Positions 53,234-64,000 of a stretch of DNA of 64,000 nt are shown one piece after another. Positions within the stretch are counted from its first letter, which is position 1; every line of letters begins with the position of its first letter. The stretch is from assembly GCA_039545335.1 (NCBI GenBank), contig BCIN01000002.1, positions 1,687,118 to 1,751,117 on the forward strand, written 5' to 3'. The notes under the pieces are model-generated. The model had not been told where the DNA came from and ran no database searches. It saw only the letters and a list, made by a program, of their open reading frames with translations. The position numbers and the translations under genes were made by a program. The stretch is from Kondoa subrosea (lineage: Eukaryota).

Positions 53234-55174
53234 TCACGACTTGCTTTCTTCTTTGGATGCATCTGCTTCTTCTTTGGATGTGCCTGCACATCATGATGAA
53301 TCACATTAGTATCCAGTACATATAAAACTAGCTCCTTGACGAAAAGAGATTCTTCAGACCAGACCAGGCCAGACCGAGCAGTGAATTCGGTTGATCATGA
53401 GCCTGCTGTCTAGCCGATGATGGATCTAGACAGCAGGAATGGCATAAGAAAGTGTGTCTTTGAAGAAGAGAAAGGCAAAAAACGTAAGCCAGAAAGAGTT
53501 ATTCACCTTTTGCTGTTTCATCGTTCGGAGGAACCTCTTTCTCTGGAAGTGACGCTTCTTCCGGAGATGTTGTAGATGCTGCGGCAGTCTCTTCCACGAT
53601 TGGCGAAGAGTACGAAGATTTGCGACCTTCTATATCGTCTACGAGAAGATCAAGCAGTACTCTCTGGTTTGCAGATAACGATCTGTAGAAAGCGTTACTT
53701 TAGTATAGAACTGATACATAAGTGAGCGTCCGTACCTTGGTAATGTGACATTGAATTTGATCAATAGATCACCTCGGCTCTTGCTAGGGTGATTTATTCT
53801 TGGTAACCCTTCTCCTTTCAGCAGAATGTCGTCTCCAGGTTGTGTACCAGCTGGCACCCGAACATCGACTTCTTTGTCCAATGTTGGTACCTGAACTTTG
53901 CCGCCGGTCATGGCAGTATAAAAAGGTATCGCCTTATCAAGATAAATATTGGAACCTTGTCTTCTGAAAGTCTTGCTTGGTATGACTTGAACGCGAACGT
54001 AGAGATCTCCTGGTGGACCTTTACCTTCCATCGGTGCATCTCCTTTGCCGTTCAAAACGATTCGCATCCCATCTTCCACGCCAGGAGTTACATTCACTTG
54101 CACATTCGTCCGTTCCCTGACTTTGCCTTCTCCACCACAGCCATTACATCTCGCTTCCTTCGGCGTCAGCTTGCCAACACCACCGCACATGTTGCATGAA
54201 GCAGAGATATTGAAACCATTTTGAACTTGATATGCTATTTGTCCGCTTCCTCGACATGTTGGACATGTTTGGGTTGTCATACCAGGTTTGAGACCGGTTC
54301 CGTTGCAATCCGAATGCCTGACTATTCGATTGATAGGTACTGATCTTGTTGTACCTTTAGCAGCTTCCAGAAAAGTGACTGTGACTGCTGCCTCTAGATC
54401 ATCGCCTGGTGTGTTGACTGGACCTCTCCTCGCACTTCCACCACCAAAAGCGCCAAAGAGAGAATCAAAGATGTCTGCTTGAGATTGAGAAGCTCGACCA
54501 CCTCCGCCAAAGAAATCTCCAAATCCACCAGCTGCCGATGCTCGTGCATGAGCAGCTGCATCGAAGTTCGGATCGGCAGCTGCAGGTCCATAGCGATCAA
54601 ATGCCTGTCGCTTGGTTTCATCGCCGAGGATCTGGCAAAATGTATATTGGCTTCAAGTAGGGTAGAGCTGTTCATGAACCTACATCGTAAGCATTCTGAA
54701 TCTCTACAAAGCGTTCCTTGTGTTCCCTTCCTGTTTTTGTATCGGGATGGTATTGTTTCGCCAGCTGCAGTTGATACGTAAGCATCTTAGAGCAATGCTA
54801 GGCAATCTACCTAGACTCACTTTGTAGTAAGCCTTCTTGATTTCAGATGTCGAGGCGTCTTTGCTGATGCCTAGCGTGCCATATGGATCCCTTGGGACAG
54901 CGAGATTTTTTGAACTTGCATGAAATGATCTCTGTCCATGCGCAAGTATCAACACAGATTATCAGGAATACACAAAGAGAGTGAAATATACCTGTTGGGC
55001 TGTAGGCAGGGGCTTGTGGCGTTGCTTTGATTCAGAGAGCAAAGCACTAGAATCTTGCCAACTTGAAGTCGATGCAAAAGGTCTACTTTGCACGGTACTG
55101 CTTGTTGTAGCAGTAATGGATATCAAAGGCGTCTTGCATCGACACAGCAATTGACTCCCCGCTCTGGTAGACAT
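53234..55174 (-). CDS. MDJ1: Mitochondrial DnaJ (type I Hsp40)
   Basis: Arg/Ser-rich presequence; J domain DPYGTLGI...KQYHPDT; G/F region; CxxCxGxG repeats; C-terminal domain. The last exon is ambiguous (stop at 53426 or 53234). Confidence 0.93.
53402..53437. repeat. Perfect 12-bp inverted repeat with 12-nt loop
   Basis: cctgctgtctag (53402-53413) and ctagacagcagg (53426-53437). Confidence 0.9.
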
Positions 55175-56256
55175 GGTCGAGGTGGATCAAAGAAAAAAGC
55201 AAAGTGGTCGAGTGTCCCATCCCGAACTACGGCTTGCGCCTTGTACAACTCAGAACTTGTCCCTAGAAGCTCTACTGCGCTACTCCTCTGTGAATCAGGG
55301 CGTTACTCCTGCATGGTGTCAAGGCGTTACCAGGAAGAAACTTTGTGATCCCAGCTTCGCATCGATACTCAACTTCTGCCAGCGTGCTCTATACCTTCGT
55401 GGGGCTCTGAATGAAGTCCTCAGACTAAGCTGAATCAGCTTTCGAATTCATCAATCTTGCTTTTGGTTGGATTCGATTCCAAATCTAGTCTTCGCCATGT
55501 CTACCTGTTTTGTCGTGCCTTGAGCGGCATCTACTACTTTCAAGACTATAAAGTATCCCCTTTTGTCTTTGAAAAGACCAGTACTTTCCATGATGGAAGA
55601 TTTAGCACTGTCGCGTGCATGTCATGTGCAGCCTTGCTCTTGCCTGTCTTCCTGTACGTCCGGAGTATCAAGCAGTAGTCTCACGCTTTCCAAAACTGTA
55701 GATGCTTTCTTGTCATTATCTAGCACGATACGATTGACCTTGGCTCACTCATCGAGATGTGCTTCTTATTACTTCGCCCTCGATTCTTGTCCACCTATCG
55801 GAATGAGCATCTATCAGTGCTCTCTATACGCTGCGCGAGGTATTCTCCTTCGTGCATCATCCGGCATAGCAAACAGAATCGTGCTCTTATCGTCTCTGAT
55901 TTCTTGACGGCATTATAAGGTGACAGCGCACAAACTCGTCCAATTCGATTTCACAAGCAAGAAGATAATACCAGCGGAGCGTACTCTTGTTTCAATGAAA
56001 CGGATTCCAATCTGTTAAAGTCGCGTTTACTTTGCTAAGGTGAGGCTTCTTCGCTACTCATCTCGATATGTCTCCTTGTGAAGAAGCCTGCTCTTCCTGT
56101 TCTCGAATCGTCTTTGCCTTCCCTTTGTACCTCTAGGACGGTCTGGCATTCTCTGGTCTTACCTCTCTCTTCCTCTCTCCATCCTCATCTTTTCTCTTCT
56201 TCACAACCTCTCTCGTTTGCCGCCATTTGAGTCGTTGCTTCAACTACAATCAAGTG

Positions 56257-57261
56257 ATGCCTTCTTCGTCCGGAGTCTCTTCTAGACCCACGACTCCTAC
56301 ATTTCCAAATGCTCTGGGTATTACCCATGAGCCTATGCACGCCAGTCAAACCTTATCTCATGGCATTGAAGCTGTGAATCCCTCTGCGCTTTTTTTCGTT
56401 CCAAACAGGCTCATAATTTTGTATGACAGCTAAATAGAAGCTCGACTAATAGTCCGAAACCCTTACAGGCTACCGATCGGGTCTTTACAGGCGTACGGGT
56501 CGAGGCAGAAGAATAAAAAGCCTTTGCTGATTTGATGCTGCAGGACAGATTCTTTGGAAGTCCGGCTTCTATGGCCAAGTCATTCTCGCCTGCAGCTCAA
56601 AGCACAGAAGCACACTCGTCCGAGCACCACAGCGCAGAAGATCGCTCATATGATGTCTCTTCCATCATGGCGTACTATAACGTCAAGGTGTGGGCGGACA
56701 AGAACTTGATCATGCCAGCTGAGGAGAGACTTGGTCTGCATCTGGCTATTCGACTTCTGAGGTTCCATGACTACAACGTAGACAAAGCTGAAAACGATTC
56801 AGAAATGAAGGCCAATCGTTGCAAGCGCTTAAAGGTGCGTTCAGATAGGTTTCGATATTACCTCATTGACCAGGTTCTGTGCTGTTCAGGAATTAGAAAT
56901 GAGTTTGGCTGTCGAGCACCATCTAACAGGTCATATCCCCGCAATGCGGGCCTTTTGCGACCTGGCCGACAAAACAGCTCATCTTTGCTCACAGGACGAT
57001 AAAGATTTGATGAAGCATGTCGGCGGTCTTGTGTGGCAGGTAGAGCGAGTCATCAAATTGCCTGGCGGTCACAACCTCCTACAAGAATGGCTTAACAGAA
57101 ATCTGCACGAGAAACACTCGTCCGAACAGAAGTATAACGCTGCGATCGAGTATTTAAAGTCAATAAAGCAACCAGAGCGCTTGCCTGGAAGGAGCATGTC
57201 ACCGAGGACGAGCCCTGGACCCGAGCAGAAAAAGCAAGTTAATCATGCACTTCTTGATTAA
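56257..57261 (+). CDS. Hypothetical protein (multi-exon)
   Basis: Consecutive + strand ORF segments separated by ~50-nt intron-like gaps. No recognisable motif. Confidence 0.45.
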
Positions 57262-57507
57262 TTTTGCTCCGGCTGAGTAATTGCTCAGCTATAGGATTCG
57301 CTAGCACGCAGACCTCGCGGGCTGAAGTTGCTGTTAGCCGTTACAGCTTGCGCTTTAAACAAAGCATGATGTTACAATTGCAATTTTCCAATCGTCTGGT
57401 GTCTAGACGGGCGCTATGTCTTTATAAGTTTTGACCCCATCGGACAGAGTTTTCTGCCTTATGCAACGTCACCTTCCCTTTACATTGTTATAGACTGTCA
57501 TTTCGCC

Positions 57508-59050
57508 TTATTGCTTTGCCTGAGCTTGCTCTCCAACTCGAGCGACACCTTCCACTTGACCTTGAAGCTCGTTTGCTACCTCTTTGGCGACTTCTTCTAG
57601 CCTGCACCACTTATCAGTATTGAAATAGCAGCGCGAAGCGGCGGTCGAGCTCACCTGTCTTTATTGTATCCGATGAGCGATACGTCGACGCCTTCGCAGA
57701 AATTGCGAGTTAGAAAGAAATCTCCATGATCTGGTCCCCAATACTCACCGACTTTGAATTTCGGATAAGAGCCAACCCGCTGTCAATTACTGTCAGACTG
57801 CCAAGTCAAGACTTAATGCTCAGCACTGACCATGTCTTCTGCTTTGACGCGCTGACTCAGTTTCGTCAGGAAGGGTGCGATGGTAGACTGTAAAATCAGG
57901 TGAACTTGGTGCTGCATCAGTCATTAAATCCACTCACTTCTGGCAAACTGAGAGAAGAGGACTATATCAGCGTAAGGCAGGTGCATACAGACTAGTAAAC
58001 GGACTCGGTGTGAATTAAGACACGGAACGGCCTTGACTCGGCTGGCGGAAGTTCAATGTAGTTCAGCAGACCCTCGAAGAGACCTTCAAAGAGCTGACAA
58101 GCTATCAGATACTTGCCAGCTGATGACGACCAGAAGCTCACTCTGGGTATGCCTGGCAGAATGCAGAGCTTCCTCTGAGAACGAAAGACGATTAGAGGTG
58201 TATATCCACAGAGATCTCTGTGCTGACCTGTAATCGCACCACTACTCGGAACAAGCGTGAGTAGGGAAAGTGTGCTGGAAGTTGACTGACCAGGAACCCA
58301 GAAGTCTTCTTTCACGTATAAAATCTCGCTATTTTTCTCAGGAACTGACCCACACAGCGTCAGATGGAAGATTGCTAGAATGTGGAACACTCACACAGAG
58401 CCATTCGTTTTCTGGCTATCGTAGCTTCTTCTGTCGGTTTGACAAAGTTTGGATCTTCAGCGTGCCTGTGTTTGATGGATTCATCCATCCGTCTCTTTCA
58501 CCGTGGTATCAGCTTGTGGGATGAAAGATGTTTTCGAAGACTTACCAGCGTTTCTTCATGATAAACAAGCTTGCCTTCGTCATCGAAAGCTTTTGCCAGC
58601 GATTCATACGTGATATCGTCATGCGTTGGACCGATTCCGCCTGAAGTGACAACAAAGTCATATGCCTTCACCATCCTTCGAGCAGCTTCAACTATCTCTT
58701 CCTCGTCATCAGCTATCACTTCGATCTTCTTCAGCACGATTCCCAAGTCAAACAGTTTCTTGGCCTGTCCAACGTTGTTAATCGGTGGTCCTCGGTAAGA
58801 TGCAGAAACTCCGCACCATGAAATTCGAATTCGAGTCTTTTGTTTTCCCATTCAGCACTTCACTGCAGTCTCAAATGAGCTTATAGTCAATCTGAACTAC
58901 AGAGATGACGTACTCTCCAATAATAAGACATGCAGCAGTAGCTACTTTAGGCCGATCTGTCTGAGGTGAGAGTTGGAAAGTAGGTGCTGCGTTTGTTGCA
59001 GACATGGTGAATGTTCGTTTGATTGACAGAAGACGAAGAGCTGCTCTCAT
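57508..59050 (-). CDS. Molybdopterin-binding (MoCF-like)/CinA N-terminal domain protein, probable FAD/NAD(H) diphosphatase
   Basis: TAACLIIGDEVLNGKTKDSNSNF; VVTSGGIGPTHDDITY; ILPGIPRLF; RVGSYP. Mitochondrial-type presequence. Confidence 0.9.
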
Positions 59051-59327
59051 TCAATGCTGGGCCTGAGACTATCGCTGGATTTAGAACAGCTCGAGATGGA
59101 CGTCACTTTGAAGGAGAGGTTGAGTATCGATCAGAATGTAGTGCATCCTGTGGCACAGCGTACGCGCAACCCATCTTTCCATAAGCATACGCGCACAGCT
59201 GTAACGAAGCATTACTTGTTCGCATGCTGATCCCCCTTAAGATCAGTCAAGTGAAACGCGGCCATCCGTGTTTTGTGATCGTCAAACATGTGAACAAGCT
59301 TGAACAGCAACCATAACAATCGTCAAG

Positions 59328-61176
59328 ATGTACAAATCCCTGGTGCAGACGACTGCTAGAGCACTGCGCTCAGCCAAACCAGCTCCTCGCTGTTTCTCCA
59401 GCTCTCCTGTCTCAAGCCAAATCTACTCCTTAAATCATATGACCGATGAAGAGGAGGCTCTGAGAGAGGCTGTTAGGAAGTTTGCTACTGAGACTTTGAC
59501 GCCTGAGAAAGTCAGAGAGATGGACGAGAACGAAAAGATGGATCCAGCGTGAGCGGTTAAACCTGGTGCTCCATTTCAAAGGAACCTCAACTCTCTTTTG
59601 GCTGCAGTGTCATCAAAGCTCTTTTCGATCAAGGTCTTATGGGAATTGAAACGAGTTCGGAGCATGGAGGATCGGACGCGAGCTTTACTTCTGCTATTAT
59701 CGCAATCGAAGAACTTGCTAAGCTGGATGCATCTGTCTCCGTTTGCTGTGATGTGCATAATACCCTCGTCAATGTGCGCTTAGTCTCCTCATCGGAACTC
59801 TTGGGAAACGCTGACTTGAATGCTGATAGACCTTGATTCGCATCCACGGGTCGGAAACGCTCAAGGACAAGTATTTGCCTGGATTAGCTACAGATACTGT
59901 ACGGTCGGAAGTCTCGTGAAATTCCTCCTGTGACTGAAATTCTTTGTGTAGCTCGGCTGTTTCTGTCTGAGCGAGCCTGGTTCTGGTTCAGACGCTTTTG
60001 CTCTCAAGACCAAAGCCACCAAGACCGACGATGGATACATTATCAACGGCAGTAAGATGTACGTTATGTCGCGTTGATGAGATGACGGTCTGTCTGATTG
60101 GTTCACATAATTATAGGTGGATCACAAACAGCAACGAAGCCGACGTTTTCCTTGTTTGTTACCTTTCTTGGTGTCATCTAAAGCCGAGGCTGACAATAAT
60201 TACAGGTCTTTGCAAATCTCGATCCATCTAAAGGCTACAAAGGAATCTCTTGTTTCCTAGTTGAGCGAAATCACGGAATTGAGATCGCCAAAAAGGAACA
60301 GAAACTAGGAATTCGAGCTTCTTCTACATGCACAGTCAACTTTGATGATGTTAAGATTCCTCTTGAGAATTTAGTTGGTGAAGAAGGCAAAGGATACAAG
60401 TATGCTATTGAAATTCTCAATGAAGGTGAGCATTCTCTCCCCCTAATTGTTTTTCGATAGATGCTGAGGTAAATTCAGGGAGAATCGGGATCGCTGCTCA
60501 GATGTTGGGCATTGCTAAAGGAGCTTTCGAGAAAGTGGTTCCGTATGCTTACGAAAGGTCAGTTTTCGGTCTACGCATTTAGTTGAAGTCTCAATGTATT
60601 CACTATCAGAAAGCAATTTGGTCAAGCTGTTGGCGATTTTCAAGCAATGGGTCATCAATTTGCAGATGTAAGTTGCAAACCTCGTTGCTTGTCTCAGGTT
60701 TCGTTTTAAGCCATAGAATGTAGATCTATACTCAAATTGAAGGTGCTCGTCTACTGACGTACAACGCTGCGAGATTGAAGGAAGAAGGTGAGCGCTACAG
60801 CCCGCTTTTAGCCAAAATCTTCTGACTGCAGAATCAGGCCGACCTTTCCAAATCGAGGCTGCTCAAGCCAAATGGGTCGCTTCTAGAGTAGCTCAAACGA
60901 CATCTTCCATCGCAATTGATTGGGCCGGAGGAGTGGTGCGTGGAATATACTGACTTTGGGGACTACATGCTCACCTTCTGTTCCAGGGCTTCACACGAGA
61001 GACTGGCATTGAGAAATACTTCAGAGACAGCAAGATTGGCAGTATCTGTATGTAACAACATTGCCGAGCGGCCGATTTTGCTGATTTATCTTGCTTGTCT
61101 AGACGAAGGTACTTCCAATATTCAAGCTGAAACCATCTCCAAGCATTTGCGCAAGACTTTTGGACCTTCCAAATAG
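59328..61176 (+). CDS. Mitochondrial short/branched-chain acyl-CoA dehydrogenase
   Basis: [65 protein letters not shown]. Confidence 0.96.
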
Positions 61177-61635
61177 TCGATCAACCGTCTTCAAACTGTA
61201 TCGAGCTAGATCATGTGTGGAAAGTATTGATAAATCTCCACTATAGATTTCGGTTTGCAGGCATGGATGAACCTGTCGTTCATCTATCTCATGTATACAT
61301 AATCCTGCATCGCATTTGTACTCTTCGTTGAACACATCATGAGCGGTGTCTCCCACAGCTGCTGGGACAAATTAATTGACCCTCAACAGCGACTTTGAGG
61401 TCGACTGTTGCTTTGCGACTTGGTGAGTCCGAAGCCCCCGGCTGTTCAGCATGTCCAGCCTTTCGCCAAAGCCTTTCGCTTATTGTGTGCTGTCTTCTTT
61501 GCTCTTACCTTCCTTTCATTTGGCCGTCAATCTACTCGTCTATTGCTACCAGATTACTTGCACTACAAGCTACATACCCCTCGCGAGCAATTCAGAGCAA
61601 GACAAGAGGTCTTGTGATAGCTTTCGAAAGTGGAA

Positions 61636-64000
61636 ATGTCGACTAAAAGCGCTGCAATTTGGGAGAGCGCTCCGGCTGAACCAGAACCTGCTGCTCCACC
61701 TCCGGAAAGGCAATCTGTCGTTTTAGCAACTCATGGCGAACCAGCACCTGTTGCAAGTCTTGTTGATATCATTCGACCTAGATCTCCTCCTCGATATGAC
61801 CGGCCTGGAGGTCCAATTGGGATGCCTGATAGACCAATGGATGGGTTTGATGGACGGCGTGGACCAGGTAGACCTAGAAGTCCAGAACCTTATGGTGCGC
61901 GAAGATTCATCGCTGATACGGAATTGCGCTCACAATGATCTGGCACAGATCGAAATATGATGAAGAGACGAAGATCGCCTTCACCTCCTTATGGACGAGA
62001 TGGGTACAGGCAAGACCCGCGAGATGGCTACAGGGGAGACTTCGGTATGTTGGCACAGAGCTACTGAATTGCATGCCTCTGATTACTCTGATTAGGACGA
62101 CCGCCATATGATATGAACCGCAGAGATGATCGTCGGGGAGAGGATCCTTATTATCGTGTTCCAGAATTTGGTTATCGTGATGAAAGAGGAGGCAGCTATC
62201 CAGGATCTTATCCTTCTGGTAATCCAGTGTATGTTCTTCGAATTGTCACGCTAAAGCAATCACCGAGATGTGCGACAATAGGCAACGGGTTGCTCCTCCA
62301 GAAGATCTGAATTATCAAGTTTCCTTCGACCATTTCGAAGCATACATGCGGCAATCCTATCCTACCATATACGAGGATAGACATCGTCTAGATGACGCCT
62401 GGAGAAAGTATCGGACCGATTTCCAACACAAGCAGCACCTTGACTTCTTTGACGCCCACAAGAAGAGTCCCTGGTTTCAAGAGCGCTACGATCCTGCTCA
62501 GGAGCCACTTAGAGCACGATTGAAGACTAAAGGAAGAGAAGGCAAAGTTGACATCTTCTTGCAAGAGTTGTCCAATGGGCAATTTGAAGATATCAATTTC
62601 GATCATCGACCTGGTGAGCGTTAGATTCTGGCTAGCTGGATGTCAACGTATCTAATGGGCACATTCCAGTTCCTGCTTCCAATCAACAAGAATATAAATA
62701 TAATGATGGACAGCTCACATTTGACCGTGAGCTGAACTGAGCCTATCAACTAGCAGTGAAACTTGACGTTTTCTCGGGAATAGCTGAGAAGGCTCGGGAA
62801 TCCAATCGGGAAGCAGCCGAAGATGATGATGCAACAAGCCAAGGAAAAGAGTCCAGCAAGGCGAGGCTTGCAGCAGAAACTGAAGCTGAAGACAAGGTCA
62901 AAGCTGAAGCTTCACCTAGTCAAGATGTCAAGCCTCTGGATGATGCGGCTGTCCAAACTACGAAAGCTGAGAACGGAACTAAAGATTCTGATAAGAAAGC
63001 ACAAGCGGAAAAGAAGATGCCGAAGTGAGCCTGACAATCTTGTCATGTAAAGACATTGACTGATGTCCTCTCCAAAGAGGACGCGAAGATGATGTCTTCA
63101 TACCTGGCAATGACCATCTGCTGATCATCAAAGCTGTATCCAACGAAATTTCCAGATCGGATTTAGAAGCTGTAAGCATGTCTATCTAAAGTTGTAAAAT
63201 AGTAGGTTTGAGTCTGGTGGCCTGCAGCATCTAGCGCAAGTAGAGGGCTTCGACTATGTCGCTTTGTCGGAACCTAATCAGAATAGACGTTTCCATCGGG
63301 TCGGTTTCGTGCAATTTATACCAGGATCAGACATGGAAGCAGCCGAACAGAAGTTGTTCGAATCGAAGGTGAGGAGAAATGACCCATCGCGCGTCGGACT
63401 CTAACTTCCGAATTGTATTAGATCGATACTTTCACCTTGCACATGAGTCGGGGTATACAGGGATCTTATCAAAAGTTGCGAACCGTTCCGCCTCACTTCA
63501 ATGAACGTCAGCGGCTGGAAAGAGATGTAGAGCAAGCTAGCAAAATGATGAACAAGTTGGAAGCAGAGTCTGGCGATACTCGAGGCAGTTCGGCAATTTT
63601 ACACAAAGTTTCGGAGTTGGAAAAATCAGATGAGAAACCTGCAGACATCGTGCGTGATCCGGTCTCGGTTGGCGCTTACGACTGTTGCTTCATGTCTCGT
63701 TCTTACAGTCAAAGAAGCATCTCGATCTCATTCTCCAGTACCTAAGACAATGCTTCGCAACCTGCTACTACTGCACAGCTGTATACGATTTCTCTGAAGA
63801 GTTGACTCGTCGTTGCGTAAAGCATGTGCGCAGGTTACCTGTAGCAGACGATAGGCAAAAGGATAGATACGGCCGATCCAACAAAGCTAATGGTAAGCAG
63901 TCATTGGCCAAATCAGGTTTTCGATTGATAGATCGAAGCAGAAATGGCCTTTGTTCGAGCTTTCGATGATAGACTTGCGATGCTTATTGATGCCAACATC
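61636..64000 (+). CDS. Ars2/SERRATE family RNA-processing factor (3' end beyond window)
   Basis: FFDAHKKSPWFQERYDP; RRM-like ALSEPNQNRRFHRVGFVQF; LDLILQYLRQCFATCYYC...ELTRRCVKHVRR. Confidence 0.88.

Noticed and set aside
53350..53400. Possible C/D-box snoRNA in the MDJ1 last intron (ATGATCA...CTGA)
   Set aside because: The box C is imperfect, the span is only ~45 nt, and I recognised no rRNA-complementary guide.
55433..56230. Short ORFs upstream of MDJ1
   Set aside because: I could not assemble a consistent spliced reading frame on either strand.

Overview
Gene-dense, intron-rich fungal DNA, most likely a basidiomycete (Pucciniomycotina-like; this is inferred from protein motifs and from short ~45-65 nt introns with CTRAY branch points). 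I spliced about 30 protein-coding genes by hand. Conserved genes include striatin, an ABC transporter, an HPP protein, Rxt2, Nrk1, a MAPEG protein, two arrestin-fold proteins, Het-C, Vps11, nitronate monooxygenase, a MYND protein, separate CinA C-terminal and CinA N-terminal genes, a ZUP1-like deubiquitinase, Cmk1, Rpl14, PIG-A, an alkenal reductase, NDUFB2, Swi3/Rsc8, Btn1, Mdj1, an acyl-CoA dehydrogenase and Ars2/Serrate. The rest are F-box-like or orphan genes. Rpl14 and NDUFB2 are absent from the ORF track because their exons are tiny. Best leads: (1) a 12-exon secreted orphan (10241-11633, minus strand) whose mature protein would start with His and has LPMO-like His1/His94/Tyr189 spacing; (2) two abutting introns with a zero-nucleotide exon in CMK1; (3) a probable U2-type AT-AC intron in het-C; (4) frequent GC-AG donors, a distant-branch-point intron in NRK1, and alternative terminal exons with a hairpin in MDJ1. 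I saw no rRNA, tRNA, CRISPR array or recognisable transposon. All gene models are manual reconstructions without RNA or database support.
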